Below are positions 40,181 to 52,537 of a DNA stretch of 64,000 bases, in pieces. Position 1 is the stretch's first letter; each line of letters begins with the position of its first letter. A program made the translations under genes and the position numbers. This stretch comes from Tubulanus polymorphus (Eukaryota > Animalia > Nemertea), in contig NC_134032.1 of assembly GCF_964204645.1 (NCBI RefSeq), positions 11,458,275 to 11,522,274 on the forward strand. The letters are read 5' to 3'. The notes beneath the pieces were generated by a model. The model ran no database searches. It was given only the letters and a program-made list of their open reading frames with translations, and was not told the origin of the DNA.

Positions 40181-43079
40181 ACAAGGTCTCATGAAATATG
40201 TTAAGTTATCAGGTCGCAGAGTGAATGAATGAGTAACCTTCATCGGAATTATAGCGAATGTCAAATATTAGGAAGATTTAATCCTGTGTATGAACTTAAG
40301 GCCCTAGTGTCCGTAGGGTAAATCCCATTACGGTTAAAGTTTAGGATGAATCATAGGGCTTGAACTTTTGTGCTTATAGTTAAGGTCTATAGACTAGATT
40401 TGAATTCAGTCTCTTGACTGCGCGAAGTTGGAACCAGATTCACATTGATCTTGAGTATTTTACTAAAATTGTTAGGGTTCAGATTTAGCAGGATTTGATT
40501 TCAGACACTAATGGTTGAAGGCACCACACAGCGCGGGTCCAGCTCTCACCCGAGCTTGTGCCAACCATGAAAAAAGATTGTGCGTTTCGCAAACTTCTTA
40601 GACAGCAGGCCGGGATTTGCAAATTTATTTATCGTTTAATTCAGGAAGAACAAATTTATTTATCGTTTAATTCTGACAAAAATTTCAAGCATATGATAAC
40701 GATGCACGATTTTCATATAAAAGAATAACAGCTGTTGTCGATTGTAGATTTATGATACGTAGTCAACGAAAGCCGTCATGCCCTGAGTTCATTGCGCTCC
40801 GTGGCGCGTTCGCCGCCTTGCGGTGATACAGTGCTGCCCCCTGGTAGCACGGGGCTATTGAATAGTCGGCGTCATATCATGAATGATAAGCGAGCATTCG
40901 GAATGAAGCGGAGTGGGTTGGTACTGTAGAGCTAGTTACATAGTCAGCTTTTGCTTGCAATTTGAACCAACGAGCATTGGGAATGAAACAGAGAGCATGC
41001 CGACATTGCCAGCCAATCAGGAACTGTGTCGTTCCCGCGTGCCAGACTTCAAATATCTTAACAGTGAATAAGAGGTATTAGCTTCAAATATACTCATAGT
41101 GGCGCTGGCTGAACTACCCAATAACTCCTATAGTAGCCAGCAACTGCGTTAAAACTCATATCATAACATAGTTGGAGGAAATAGGACAAGTCGAGGTTGA
41201 TACCGCTCTCATTTCTTTGCCGTTAAGAAAGAATTCCCCGTCGCGTGGGAAGAATATCAGAGCGTTAGGAAGAGTAGGAACTAGATGAAATTTAGAAATA
41301 TCAGTTTGAATACGAACAGTATCGGCCGCTCTACTCTATTACTGCATTGTTTATACTCAAAGATTTGAATCTTATTTGCGGGGGGGGGGGGGGGGTAAGG
41401 AGTTTTCTAAGTAAGTAATATCAGACCTTGTTTCTGCATGAAATATTTTACGATTCGAGGAGGCTCGTGTTCGAAAGTTGTCCCTTCCTCCGTGAGTTTT
41501 GAATCCAATTTGAAATCGTTGAAAAATTATTTCAATTCGATCTCCCTGTTAAACGACATCTAGAAATTCGCCTCGAGAGTTTGAATTTTTGCGACAGCTT
41601 TTGAACCGGACCCAGCACGCATGTCATAGGTTGATTAGTCAGAATTACAGTCGGTACATATCCGGGCTATTGTAGAGACGAAAGATTTGAAAATTAACAA
41701 GTTTTACTTAGAAAAAAAAGTAATTTTGCTTGAAATTGATATTGTTGTCTGGTACTCAGCGATTGAGGATGTATCAGAATCTGACGCAGTCTCTGGTAGA
41801 TGGGTCAGAAGTACAATTGACGACTATTTTGACTTCGAACCTGTGACAAGCGTGCGCGTTATATATGCACTACCTAGTGACTAAATAAGGTTCGCACGGA
41901 ACCCAGTTCTGCAATAGTGTGAGTTAGAGAATTTTGTTGAATAATTGAAGTGAACTGATTCTAAATTGGGAGTAGTTGCATTCGAACTGGCGATATTGCG
42001 GAACTGGGTCCTGATGAGAATCTCTGTACGCATTAGTTTGATGCTTGCTATAATTCCGAAGCGACAGTAGACTCGTTTTGTTTGAGGCTAGTCTCGAGAA
42101 ATTCTTTCCGGTTTAACGGGGAAAAAACTAGTTTGAGAAATTCTGTCTTTGAGATGAATATGTACATTGTTAATCCGGTGATACCAGTGTACTACCGATC
42201 CATCTCTCACTCAATGGAATTCCAATTATTAGGGAAATATGAACTGTTCAATCTGGGCTTCGGAAACGGGTAAAATTATACCTTCGGGGAACTAGGCGAC
42301 TATAGAGTCTACTGTCAAACCTTGTAGCAAGCTTTTGCGAAATACATGTTCTGTTTATTTCTTGAATGCTATGTTCGCTGAAAATGAGAAACTTTCTGAA
42401 ACTTGAGTGACTTAAACGCTATCGCGAAATACTTCGCCGATTCTTGAATCGTATCTCTCGCAATTGAAGCGAAAGATGAAAGATCAACATAGATCATTCT
42501 TTGAAGACGAGTACTGATTTAGAGAGACTCATTTTGTTGTGAACCGGTATTACGCTCTTTTATGAAGTATGTTTGAACCTCAGATATGTTAGAGGGCGGG
42601 GCGGGGGAAATTGGCAGTTCGCAAATTTAGCAAGTCTTGGAAAATTTAGCGTACCGGAACAAACACACTTTATAAAGAGATCTTACTTGCGGAGCTGGTT
42701 CTACAGTCATGACTTGTTATCAGACAAAGTTAAGATCGAGTTTGATAAGAGTTTCAAGCCTCAATTTTTAGATCATGAGTCCTGTAGTGGAACCAGGCCC
42801 ATAAATGTTTGTATTTCAGGCGACCCTTAAGCAACTGTATATATTCCATGACTCACCGTTATATTTGATGTCAGCTGCGAGGAACAGGATTTTTCTAGGT
42901 CTCGTCATTTTCCCCAGGATACGGAATCTTATTTTTTTCTTCTGACCGTCATTTCACGTTCAAGTCAATTAAACGCCGCTTAAGTTTTAAGTCCTCGGGA
43001 AATTTGTTCTGACCCCCTTTCGTACGTAACGTCATTATTTAAACGCACGCATATCATCGGTTCTCATGGCTCTTTCCAG

Positions 43080-43453
43080 GTGGCGCTTTCACCGACGAGC
43101 CATGGGAACCAACCACTTCCGGAATGCGGTGGCCGATCGTCAACCGTAAAAATACTGCGTCGCAACGAAAACCCAACATCGACGGATCACGGAGATATTA
43201 CTCTGCGCCCAGTATGTCAATAACAGCTCCACCTGTGGACAAATCCAAGAAATATAAATGTCGTTTTTGCGAAAAGCAGTTCCGAGGATTTATCGATTTA
43301 ACGCGACACGAACGCGTGCACACCGGCGAACGTCCGTTTAAATGTCCGATGTGCGATTTGAGATTCACGCAGAAAGCTCATCGTAAAGGTCATCTAGAAC
43401 GTCGTCATAACTTCAACATGGAAACATTCGCGATTCAGGAACTCGGAAACTAG
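43080..43453 (+). CDS. Variable terminal exon D-V1 (2 C2H2)
   Basis: GGTTCTCATGGCTCTTTCCAG|GT, phase 1. Confidence 0.85.
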
Positions 43454-43685
43454 CAGACTGATTCCACAAACTAGCAGACTGATTTCATAAACTAGCAGAT
43501 TGATTTCACAAGCTAGCAGACTGATTTCACAAACTAGCAAATTGATTTCACAAACTAGCAGACTGATTGAACTGATTTCATAAACTAGCAGACTGATTGG
43601 ACTGATTTCATAAACTAGCGGACTGATTCCATAAACTAGCGGACTGATTCCATAAACTAGCAGACTGATTTCACAATCTAGCAGA
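43448..43685. repeat. 21-bp minisatellite starting at the D-V1 stop codon
   Basis: AACTAGCAGACTGATTTCACA, ~10 copies. Confidence 0.9.
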
Positions 43686-43756
43686 AACATTTTTGACATT
43701 TTGGGGTTAAAAACACAATTTTGCTCTCTAATCATAAATCTATTTCGTTCTTCCAG

Positions 43757-44100
43757 CTTTGTGGATTCAACCACTTCAGTCGTCATTGACAACAATGGCT
43801 GATGACACGCTTCAACAGCCATCGTTACCATGGCAACAATCGACGTATCAATACGGATATCAGCGTAATAACCGTAACCACGGCGATGTGGGCGATAAAC
43901 CGTTTCAGTGTCAGTTTTGCGATAAGCGTTTCACGTGTTTGTCTAAAGTGACGCGACACGAGCGCGTTCACACCGGTAACCGACCGTTTAAATGCCCCAT
44001 GTGCGAATATTTCTTTAAAACGAAATGCGACCGAAAACGTCACCTGATACGAGTTCATAAATTCAATACGGAATTATTCTCGCTGAAAGATAAAGATTGA
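43757..44100 (+). CDS. Variable terminal exon D-V2
   Basis: TTCTTCCAG|CT, phase 1; 2 C2H2. Confidence 0.85.
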
Positions 44101-44173
44101 TCGTTGTTAGACTCGGACGCCATCTATTAGTCATAACTGAAATTATAACGAAGGTTCTCATGGCTTTTTGCAG

Positions 44174-44550
44174 GTAGCCGAATCGCCGTGCCACATCTAT
44201 TGCCATGGGAACCGTCTGAGGAGGCGACAATGGCGACGGTTGCTACGACTGCGCTATGGTTACCGGTGATTCCGACGATGACTCCGCCGGGTTCTAAGGA
44301 CCGCGCGGCGCGTTTAGGCGATTCGCGCACGGCCGGTCCGGACTATTGTTCGAAGAACCCGATGAATAAAAATAAACATCGGTGTCGGATTTGTAATAAA
44401 CGGTTTTTGAAACCGTCGGGTTTGGTTCGTCACGAGCGCGTACATACCGGTGAACGTCCCTTCGCGTGTCCCATCTGTAACAGATTGTTCTCTCAAAAAT
44501 TTAACCTGAAAACGCACGTGGAAAAAGTTCACGGTTTCGGTAAAATTTAA
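44174..44550 (+). CDS. Variable terminal exon D-V3
   Basis: GGTTCTCATGGCTTTTTGCAG|GT, phase 1; 2 C2H2. Confidence 0.85.
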
Positions 44551-44932
44551 CCAGATTGAATGAAGAGATGTTTCACCCTCTCATACAACAGGAGTAAGCA
44601 ACGCTAACAATAAATAGATTATTAATTCAAGTTCTTCGTAATATGCCAAAACTTGTTTATTTATTCTAGTTAATGATTTGGAAATAAATTTTATAGCATG
44701 AGTCGAAAATATATCTTTGTTTTACACATATTTATTTTTGTCCAAAGATTTTCGATATTCTTCGACTTTCAATTTCATTATAGATGATCTACTTGATTTT
44801 TCTGGTCGCTCGTCTTGGAATGAGTATATACCTATTTTTTGGCGCATTTATTTATTAGTTACTGTAGTAACTCTTGCCGACATTTGTTACTGCTACAGTT
44901 AGTAACGCTATGGTTCTCGTGGCTCTTTGCAG

Positions 44933-45225
44933 GTTTCCGCCGCGAGACGCCATGGGAACCGCAGCCGACCGTCGTCCAACTGGGCGGCTTGACGTACGGA
45001 CTTCTGACGGGTGGCGCCATCGGCGGGGAAAGTAAGAAATACAGGTGTCAGTTTTGCGATAAAGGATTTTCGTCGCCCGCCGAGTTGACGCGACACGAGC
45101 GAATTCACACCGGCGAAAAACCGTTCGAATGCCCAACGTGCAAGCTACGTTTCAACCAGAAAGGAAATTGCAAAAAGCACATGAAACGCGTTCATAACTT
45201 CGACCCAAACGCATTCGATTTCTAG
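44933..45225 (+). CDS. Variable terminal exon D-V4
   Basis: GGTTCTCGTGGCTCTTTGCAG|GT, phase 1; 2 C2H2. Confidence 0.85.
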
Positions 45226-46108
45226 ATACGATAAATCGCCGATAATCGGACAATCATTGTTTATCCTATTTTCATCCTTGTTATTATCGGAATGGTTTTA
45301 AAAATCTCGAGACTGTCGCATTCGAAATGCATGATTCGATGTTATCAGTTTTCTTAATGCAAAATATTGTTATGTCCTATGATTGTATTCACACTGATTA
45401 GAATTCACCATTAATTTTACACCAGTTGTTCGAATTCCCGCTGGTTCAAACAGTCGCGTCGGAAACATATATGAAATGTTGTTGACATGCCTTGAATTAA
45501 TATCTATCATCCATCAAAAACAGACTATAGTTTTCTTATCTTCAATTTTAGGGAGTAATTTTGGTATTTTAGTTTTCGACGCGGAAGAGTGGCCAAAAAG
45601 GTTGTTTTCTAAAAATGCCTTTCTACCTAGACGAGCTATGATGACCGAGCCTTTTGTTCAGAAGCTGCGATCTGTTCATATGTTACTCAAGCGGTTGTAA
45701 GATTAATCTAATGAACAGGATTAAAAATGAAGATTTCCTTCGCGTTTGTCTTTAAAAAAATTGTACGAATGAGAAACTATTTTTAACATTCAATGTGCGA
45801 GTTATATATCAATCAGAAAAGAAACCATTAATGGCATATGAAACACCATCTTCGCTTCCCTGGCCGCAGACTACTTTCTTATACATCGCCCAATATTTTG
45901 AGCGGCAACCAGTCTATAAATCTAGCCAATCAGCTGCATTGTTTTTCACGGGCAGATTCGCTGTATCAATGCAACGCATCCGATTGGCTAGATGTATCGA
46001 CTGGTGGGCGCTGAGCGGCAACCTTTCCGCCCAAGAAATCTATGGCATGGATTCAGAGGCTGAATTGTGTAGATGTAGCTTAAACCGGATTCTCACGACT
46101 CTTTGTAG

Positions 46109-46485
46109 GTGTCGGATACCACGTGCCGTATGGATCACTGCAATTTGTTGAACAGCGCCATCTACCGTCGTGGGATACCGTGCCTCAATATCGATGGCCC
46201 GTACACGGCGACGACGTCGCGGGAACGCGTCTAAGCGGCGACACCTATGCAACGCGGTCAAAACCGCCGCCGTCGACCGGTGGCGATGGTGATCAAAAAC
46301 ACCGATGCGAACGCTGCGGCAAAGGGTTTAAGCACCTTTGGCATTTGACGCGACACGCGCTCGTTCACACCGGTGAGAAACCGTTCACGTGTCCGATGTG
46401 CGAGCAATGTTTCAATCGCAAGTCGAGTTGTATGAGACACATGAAACACGTTCATAAATTTGACCGAAATCGATTCGATTTATGA
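46109..46485 (+). CDS. Variable terminal exon D-V5
   Basis: GGATTCTCACGACTCTTTGTAG|GT, phase 1; 2 C2H2. Confidence 0.85.
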
Positions 46486-46720
46486 AAAGGAGATATTCTA
46501 GATTCAACGTCGACGGGAATGCACGCGCGACGCGCGCGTTATTCCAGCCGTTTCGACCGTTCGAATGGACGATGTTTGTCATCTAAATGCGGCATTCATC
46601 CTTCGCCGGGTTTTGGTTCTCGATGGCAGGCGGCGCTGAAATGTATGATCGGGGAGATACGATGCGAAAAATGCTGATGTGCCATAAATCTTAACTGGAT
46701 TCTCTAATGACTCTTTGTAA

Positions 46721-46910
46721 GTGTCGGATACCATGACATGCCGCCTGAACTGATGCTGTCCGTTGAACTGAGTCTTATGCCCGCTGGAAAGGTCGATAGT
46801 CCTAGGAGATCAACGAAGTGACCACCGAGCGAAGTGAAAAAGCATAAATGTCAGTTTTGCAGTAAAGGATTTCTCGCCCAACTTGACCAAATGCTACACG
46901 AGCGAAACTC
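46721..46910 (+). pseudogene. Dead variable exon (acceptor AG to AA, truncated)
   Basis: GGATTCTCTAATGACTCTTTGTAA GTGTCGGATAC; one broken finger. Confidence 0.7.
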
Positions 46911-47645
46911 AGTGTTGAGAGTGATATTGTGGTTTATGTTACTACCGATGTCAAGTGAGTTTTTCTATGTGAGGTTTTCTGCCGAGACTGGTTATTGTGT
47001 TCATGTTTTTAAAGAGATGTTGACTAATATAATAATTGACGAATAGATAAGATTCATAACCAAATTTGTTTTTATGGTGTTTTTATTTTTCCAATAAGTT
47101 TAAAATTTTCCAGTCAGAATCCTGACAGTGACAGAATTTGTTGCTGCAGTTCTCCGAGCTCTCCTAGCCTGACAATTGATAGTTGAAGTCCTGACAGTGA
47201 TGGGGTTTGTTTTCAGTTGTTTCTCTTAGTTGAGCATTCCTTCCTGATATTCCTGACAGAGACCAACTTGATTCTGTAATTCTTTGACCTCTTCTAGCCT
47301 CTTCTCTGGACTGTGACCGAATTTCTTTGAAAAGATACTTCAAAAGTGCTAAAATCTGGACTCTCATGTTTAGGTTTCCTACTCGAGATGCCATTAGTTG
47401 GACTAGGCTTTCAGTGCTGTGGGCTTACAGACACAAGTGCGTATATGCCCTTGCCCATATGGAATCAAACCAAAACGCCCTTATTTGGAATCAGCGCCCT
47501 GCCCTATTTTAATGCTAGATGAAGCACTGCTTAGATTCCCCTCTTTCAGCCCTTCGCCTCAAAAATTTATAATTTGAATCCTGGCAGGATTTCTTGGGAA
47601 TTTCCATTCGTAGATAGTTCTAAAATTTCGATTCTCATGTTGCAG

Positions 47646-48004
47646 GTTCCCTACACAAGACCCCGTTGACCTGGGGACCGAACAATGCAATAACTGAATA
47701 TGAAGGGGTTTACGTTCAACCGGGTAGTAGTTCTAGCGGCGCCGTCTGGGAAACGAAATCTTTACCGAAGGCTAGTGGCGCCGCCGGTGGTGATAACAAG
47801 AAACATAACTGTCGATATTGCGATAAAGGATTCGCCCACCTGTGGCATTTGACGGCGCACGAGCGAATTCACACCGGCGAAAAACCGTTTAAATGTCCCA
47901 TGTGCGAACAACGTTTCAATCAGAAATCAAGCTGTAATCGTCACATGAAAACCGTTCATAACTTCGACCCTCACGCGTTCAACGTTTTGATGGAGATGTC
48001 ATAG
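47646..48004 (+). CDS. Variable terminal exon D-V6
   Basis: GATTCTCATGTTGCAG|GT, phase 1; 2 C2H2. Confidence 0.85.
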
Positions 48005-48651
48005 TTTCGATTACGACCGAAACGTAATTCGTTGTTTCGACGTTTCAGTTTAGTGTATTCGGTAATGCTGAGTTGCGAGGAGTTGCGTACTACTGAACGG
48101 GTTCATATTTTTTCGAATTCAGTGGATTCTCAATGTTCGTTACAATCATACAGTTTTAGAGTTACATTGTAGATGTGATCCGGTGAAAACCATGTACAAG
48201 AAAGAGCCTCTTTTTTTCATTCATAAGATTTTATGATAAGACTAATTATTTGTGAGTTGCAGCGTGTTTCATGTTATTCAAGCTATGTGAAAATATAGCC
48301 TATAAAATTGGTGGAATAAATACAAGATTCGTAACTAAAACTGTTTTTGTAGTGTTTTTACAAAGTCTGGGCTATTGATGCAGTTGATACAATACAGTTC
48401 TTCTCAGAATTCCTCACCTGATACTTGGAATCTGGCAATGACTGAGAGTTTCTTTTTGTTGCTCTTCTCCAAGCTCTGCACCCTAGACAATTAATAGTTT
48501 GAATCCTGACTGATAAATTTCTGCGGGTCTTCTCTGAGGTCGCCACCCCTGACGATTGATAGTTTGACTCCTGACAGGGACAGAGACTTTTTTATGGGGA
48601 GAATCTAATCATAGATAATTATAAAATCTGGATTCTCATGACTCTTTGCAG

Positions 48652-49031
48652 GTCTCCGACACGAGTTCTCATCAGTTGGACTAAGCCTGCTCTCCGCGGG
48701 GATGACCGAAACCGCTCGAAACCGATTCGATGTAGCGAACGGATACGAAGGGGTTAATTTCGAATCGAGTAGTACTAGTGGCGCCATCCGTGGATCAAGG
48801 TCGAACGCGATGACCGGTGGTGCCATCAGTGGCGATAACAAGAAACATAAATGTCAGTTTTGCGGTAAAGGGTTTAATTATCCGGCTGAATTGACGCGGC
48901 ACAAGCGAATTCACACCGGTGAAAAACCGTTCGAATGCCCGGTGTGCAAGCTACGTTTCAATTGGAAGTCGAGTTGCGATAGACACACGAAGCACGTTCA
49001 TAATTTCGACTCGAATGCGAACAATTTTTAG
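48652..49031 (+). CDS. Variable terminal exon D-V7
   Basis: GGATTCTCATGACTCTTTGCAG|GT, phase 1; 2 C2H2. Confidence 0.85.
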
Positions 49032-49226
49032 ACGGAAATAATTGAAGATAGTTAAGTTAGTTCGACTTTTCAAAGGGACGGTATTCATCTCCAATCTCTG
49101 ACGCTATGAACTCATTCTCCGGTCGTTAGATTCCTCGTCGACCCACACCGACCGAACCTATCTCCAGAAAATGAAATGTGTTGATGTGCCATAAATTAAA
49201 ACCTGGATTCTCATGGCTCTTTGCAG

Positions 49227-49912
49227 GTGTCCGATGCAAGTTGTCATGGGAACCGGTGCCGATCGTCGGACTAAGCCGTCTACCGTCGTGGAAGGTCAAG
49301 GCTAAAGGGCGATCAAAAGACGCGACCGAACGAGAAGGTATGGACGTTGAACCGGATCAGACTAGTAGCGACACGTCCGGGTCGATATCTACGCCGTCGA
49401 CCGGTGGCGCCACCGGTGCCGAGGGTAAGAAACACCGTTGTCGGTTTTGCGATAAAGCGTTCAGCGAACGCGGGAATATGGTGCAACACGAGCGAATTCA
49501 CACCGGCGAACGACCGTTCGAATGTCCGATGTGCGAGCTACGTTTCACACAGAAATCGAACCTCAAAACGCACATGAGACGCATCCACAACTTCGACCGG
49601 AGCAGTTTGACCGTAACATTGTCAGGGATGGTCGACGCCGGGAACGAAGACGACGCTGACGTGACGCCGCGCGGCCAATCAATCGCTAGCGGTGCTGGCG
49701 CCGCCACCGGTGGCGCCGGCAAGAAAAACAAATGTCAGTTCTGCGACAAAGGGTTCAAGTCTCGTTTGGAATTGGCACGACACGAGCGCGTGCACACCGG
49801 CGAAAAGCCGTTCCAGTGTCCGATGTGCGAGTTGTGTTTCAACCAGAAAGGAAACTGTCACCGACACATGAAGGTCGTTCATAACTTCGACGTGAACGCA
49901 TGCGATTTTTAG
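49227..49912 (+). CDS. Variable terminal exon D-V8 (two fused ZF doublets)
   Basis: GGATTCTCATGGCTCTTTGCAG|GT, phase 1. Confidence 0.85.
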
Positions 49913-50160
49913 ATGCGTCGTGGAAAAACATCTAGGTGTTCGAAAATTTTTCGACGGAACTGAACGGTTTCTTTAGCCGTTCAAGAGAACGGTCTTCCTC
50001 ATCTTCTTTGGTCTCTGAAGCCGTTACATTCGTCGGTTTTTTAAATTGTCGCTGAAATCGACGACGGAATATCGTGTAATCATGAACAAAAAATATGAAA
50101 TGCCCTAATGTGAAATGAGACTTAGATTTTAAACCAGATTCTCTTAACGACTCTTTGCAG

Positions 50161-51146
50161 GTGTCGGATACGACGTGCCGCGTGAATTGTTGCCGTCCGT
50201 TAGATTAAGCCGTCTGCCGACCGCTACGATCGACGCCAGCGTTTGCTTAAACGTCGGGACCGGATACGAAGGGGATGACGCGAAACCGGGCGGTTCTAGC
50301 GGAGACCCGGATGGGTCGAAGTCGAAACCGACGACGGAAACCAGCGCCTCGGGTGGCGTAATGAAACAATGCGAATGTCACTTGCGCCGTAACGGATTTA
50401 GTCGCGCCGTGTTAAACGCGCGACACAAGCGAAAACGCGCCCGCGAAAAGCTTTTCAAATGTCGGACATGCGAGTTAACTTTTATCGATTTATCGAACCT
50501 TAATCGGCACGTGAAACAGATTCATACCGACGAAAAACCGTTTACGTGTCGGTTTTGCGACAAAAGGTTCATCTTTCCCAACCAATTGACGCAACACGAG
50601 CTGATGCACTCGGGCAAAAAACCGTTCAAATGTCCGATGTGCGAGAAATATTTCACGCAGACGTCGACGCGTAATCGACACGTGAAACAGATTCACACCG
50701 ACGACGAACAGCCATTCGCGTGTCGGTTCTGCGATAAAGCGTTCAACGCTCGCGCCGATCGTAATCGACACGAGCGAATTCACACCGTCGAAAAACCGTT
50801 GGCGTGTCGGTTCTGCGATAAAGCGTTCAATAATCGCGGCGATTGTAATCGACACGAGCGAATTTACACCGGCGAAAAACCGTTTAAATGTCCGACGTGT
50901 GAGAAATGTTTTGTGCTGAAATCACATTGTCAACAGCACGTTAAAATGGTTCATATCAACGAACGAGCGTTCGCGTGTATGTTCTGTGATAAAGCGTTCA
51001 ATACTCGCGCCGATTGTAATCGACACGAGCGAATTCACACCGGCGAAAAACCGTTCGAATGTCCGACGTGCAAGAAACGTTTCAATCTGAAGGATAACCG
51101 TAATCGGCATTTGAAAAGAATTCATAACAGTGAAAACCCGTCTTAA
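50161..51146 (+). CDS. Variable terminal exon D-V9 (~8 C2H2)
   Basis: GATTCTCTTAACGACTCTTTGCAG|GT, phase 1. Confidence 0.85.
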
Positions 51147-51530
51147 TGTTCGACGCGCGAGCTACATTTCACACAGAAATCGAACCTCAAAACGCGCATT
51201 AGACGCATCCACAACATCGTCCAGAGCAGTTTGACCGTAACATTGTCCCGGGTGGTCGACGCCGGGCACGAAGACGACGCTGACGTGACGCCGCGCCGCC
51301 AATCGATCGCTAGCGGTGTCTCCACCGGTGGTGTCGGCAAGAAAAACAAATGTCAGTTCTGCGACAAAGGGTTCAAGTCTCGTTTGGAATTGGTACGTCA
51401 CGAGCGCGTGCACACCGGCGAAAAGCCGTTCCAGTGTCCGATGTGCGAGTTGTGTTTCAAACAGAAAGGAAACTGTCACCGACACATGAAGGTCGTTCAT
51501 AACTTCGACGTGAACGCGTGCGATTTTTAG
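51147..51530 (+). pseudogene. Orphan copy of the 3' half of D-V8 (no acceptor)
   Basis: Near-identical to ~49520-49912, fused behind the D-V9 stop. Confidence 0.7.
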
Positions 51531-51806
51531 ACGCGTCGTGGAAAAACATCTAGGTGTTCGAATATTTTCGACAGAACTGAACGGTTCTCTCAGCCGTTCA
51601 AGGGAACGGTCTTCCTCGTCTTCTTTGGTCTCTGAAGCCGTTACATTCGTCGGTTTTTTAAATTGTCGCTGAAATCGACGACGGAATATCGTGTAATCAT
51701 GAACAAAAAATGTGAAATGCCCTAATGTGAAATGAGACTTTTATATGAGAATTTTGTATGAGAAAATGAGAATTTTAAACCGGATTCTCTTAACGACTCT
51801 TTGCAG

Positions 51807-52537
51807 GTGTCGGATATGACGTGCCGCGTGAATTGTTGCCGTCCGTTAGATTAAGCCGTCTGCCGTCCGCGACGATCGACGCCCGTGTTTGGTTAAACGT
51901 CGGGACCGGATACGAAGGGGATGACGCGAAACCGGGCGGTTCTAGCGGAGACCCGGATGGGTCGAAGTCGAAACCGACGACGGAAACCAGCGCCTCTGGT
52001 GGCGTAATGAAACAGCGTGAATGCCAGTTGCGTCGTAAAGGATTTAGTCACGTTGCGTTTAATGTGCGTCACAAGCGAAAACGCGCCCGCGATAAGCTTT
52101 TCAAATGTCAGGTATGCGAGTTAACTTTTACCGATTTATCGAACCTTAATCGGCACATGAAACAGATTCATACCAACGAAAAACCGTTTACGTGTCGGTT
52201 TTGCGACAAAAGGTTCATCTTTCCCAACCAATTGACGCGACACGAGCTGATGCACTCTGGCGAAAAACCGTTCAAATGTCCGATGTGCGAGAAATATTTC
52301 ACGCAGACGTCGACGCGTAATCGGCACGTGAAACGGATTCACACCGACGACGAACGACCGTTCGCGTGTCGGTTCTGCGATAAAGCGTTCAACGCTCGCG
52401 CCGATCGTAATCGACACGAGCGAATTCACACCGGCGAAAAACCGTTCGAATGTCCGACGTGCGAGAAACGTTTCAATCTGAAGGAGAATCGTAATCGGCA
52501 TTTGAAAACAGTTCATAACGGTGAAAAACCGTTTTAA
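51807..52537 (+). CDS. Variable terminal exon D-V10 (5 C2H2), duplicate of D-V9
   Basis: GGATTCTCTTAACGACTCTTTGCAG|GT, phase 1. Confidence 0.85.

Noticed and set aside
42011-42023. ATGAGAATC complementary to the acceptor motif, as a docking site
   Set aside because: Only ~9 nt, at a MITE edge, and I could not find it in the C intron; likely chance.
43394-43831. 145-aa ORF with (EISLLVY)n
   Set aside because: Translation of the 21-bp minisatellite.
50135-50160. U12-type branch point (TTCTCTTAAC close to AG) in D-V9/V10
   Set aside because: The partner donor is GTAGGT, not the U12 consensus RTATCCTT, and other cassettes lack the motif.
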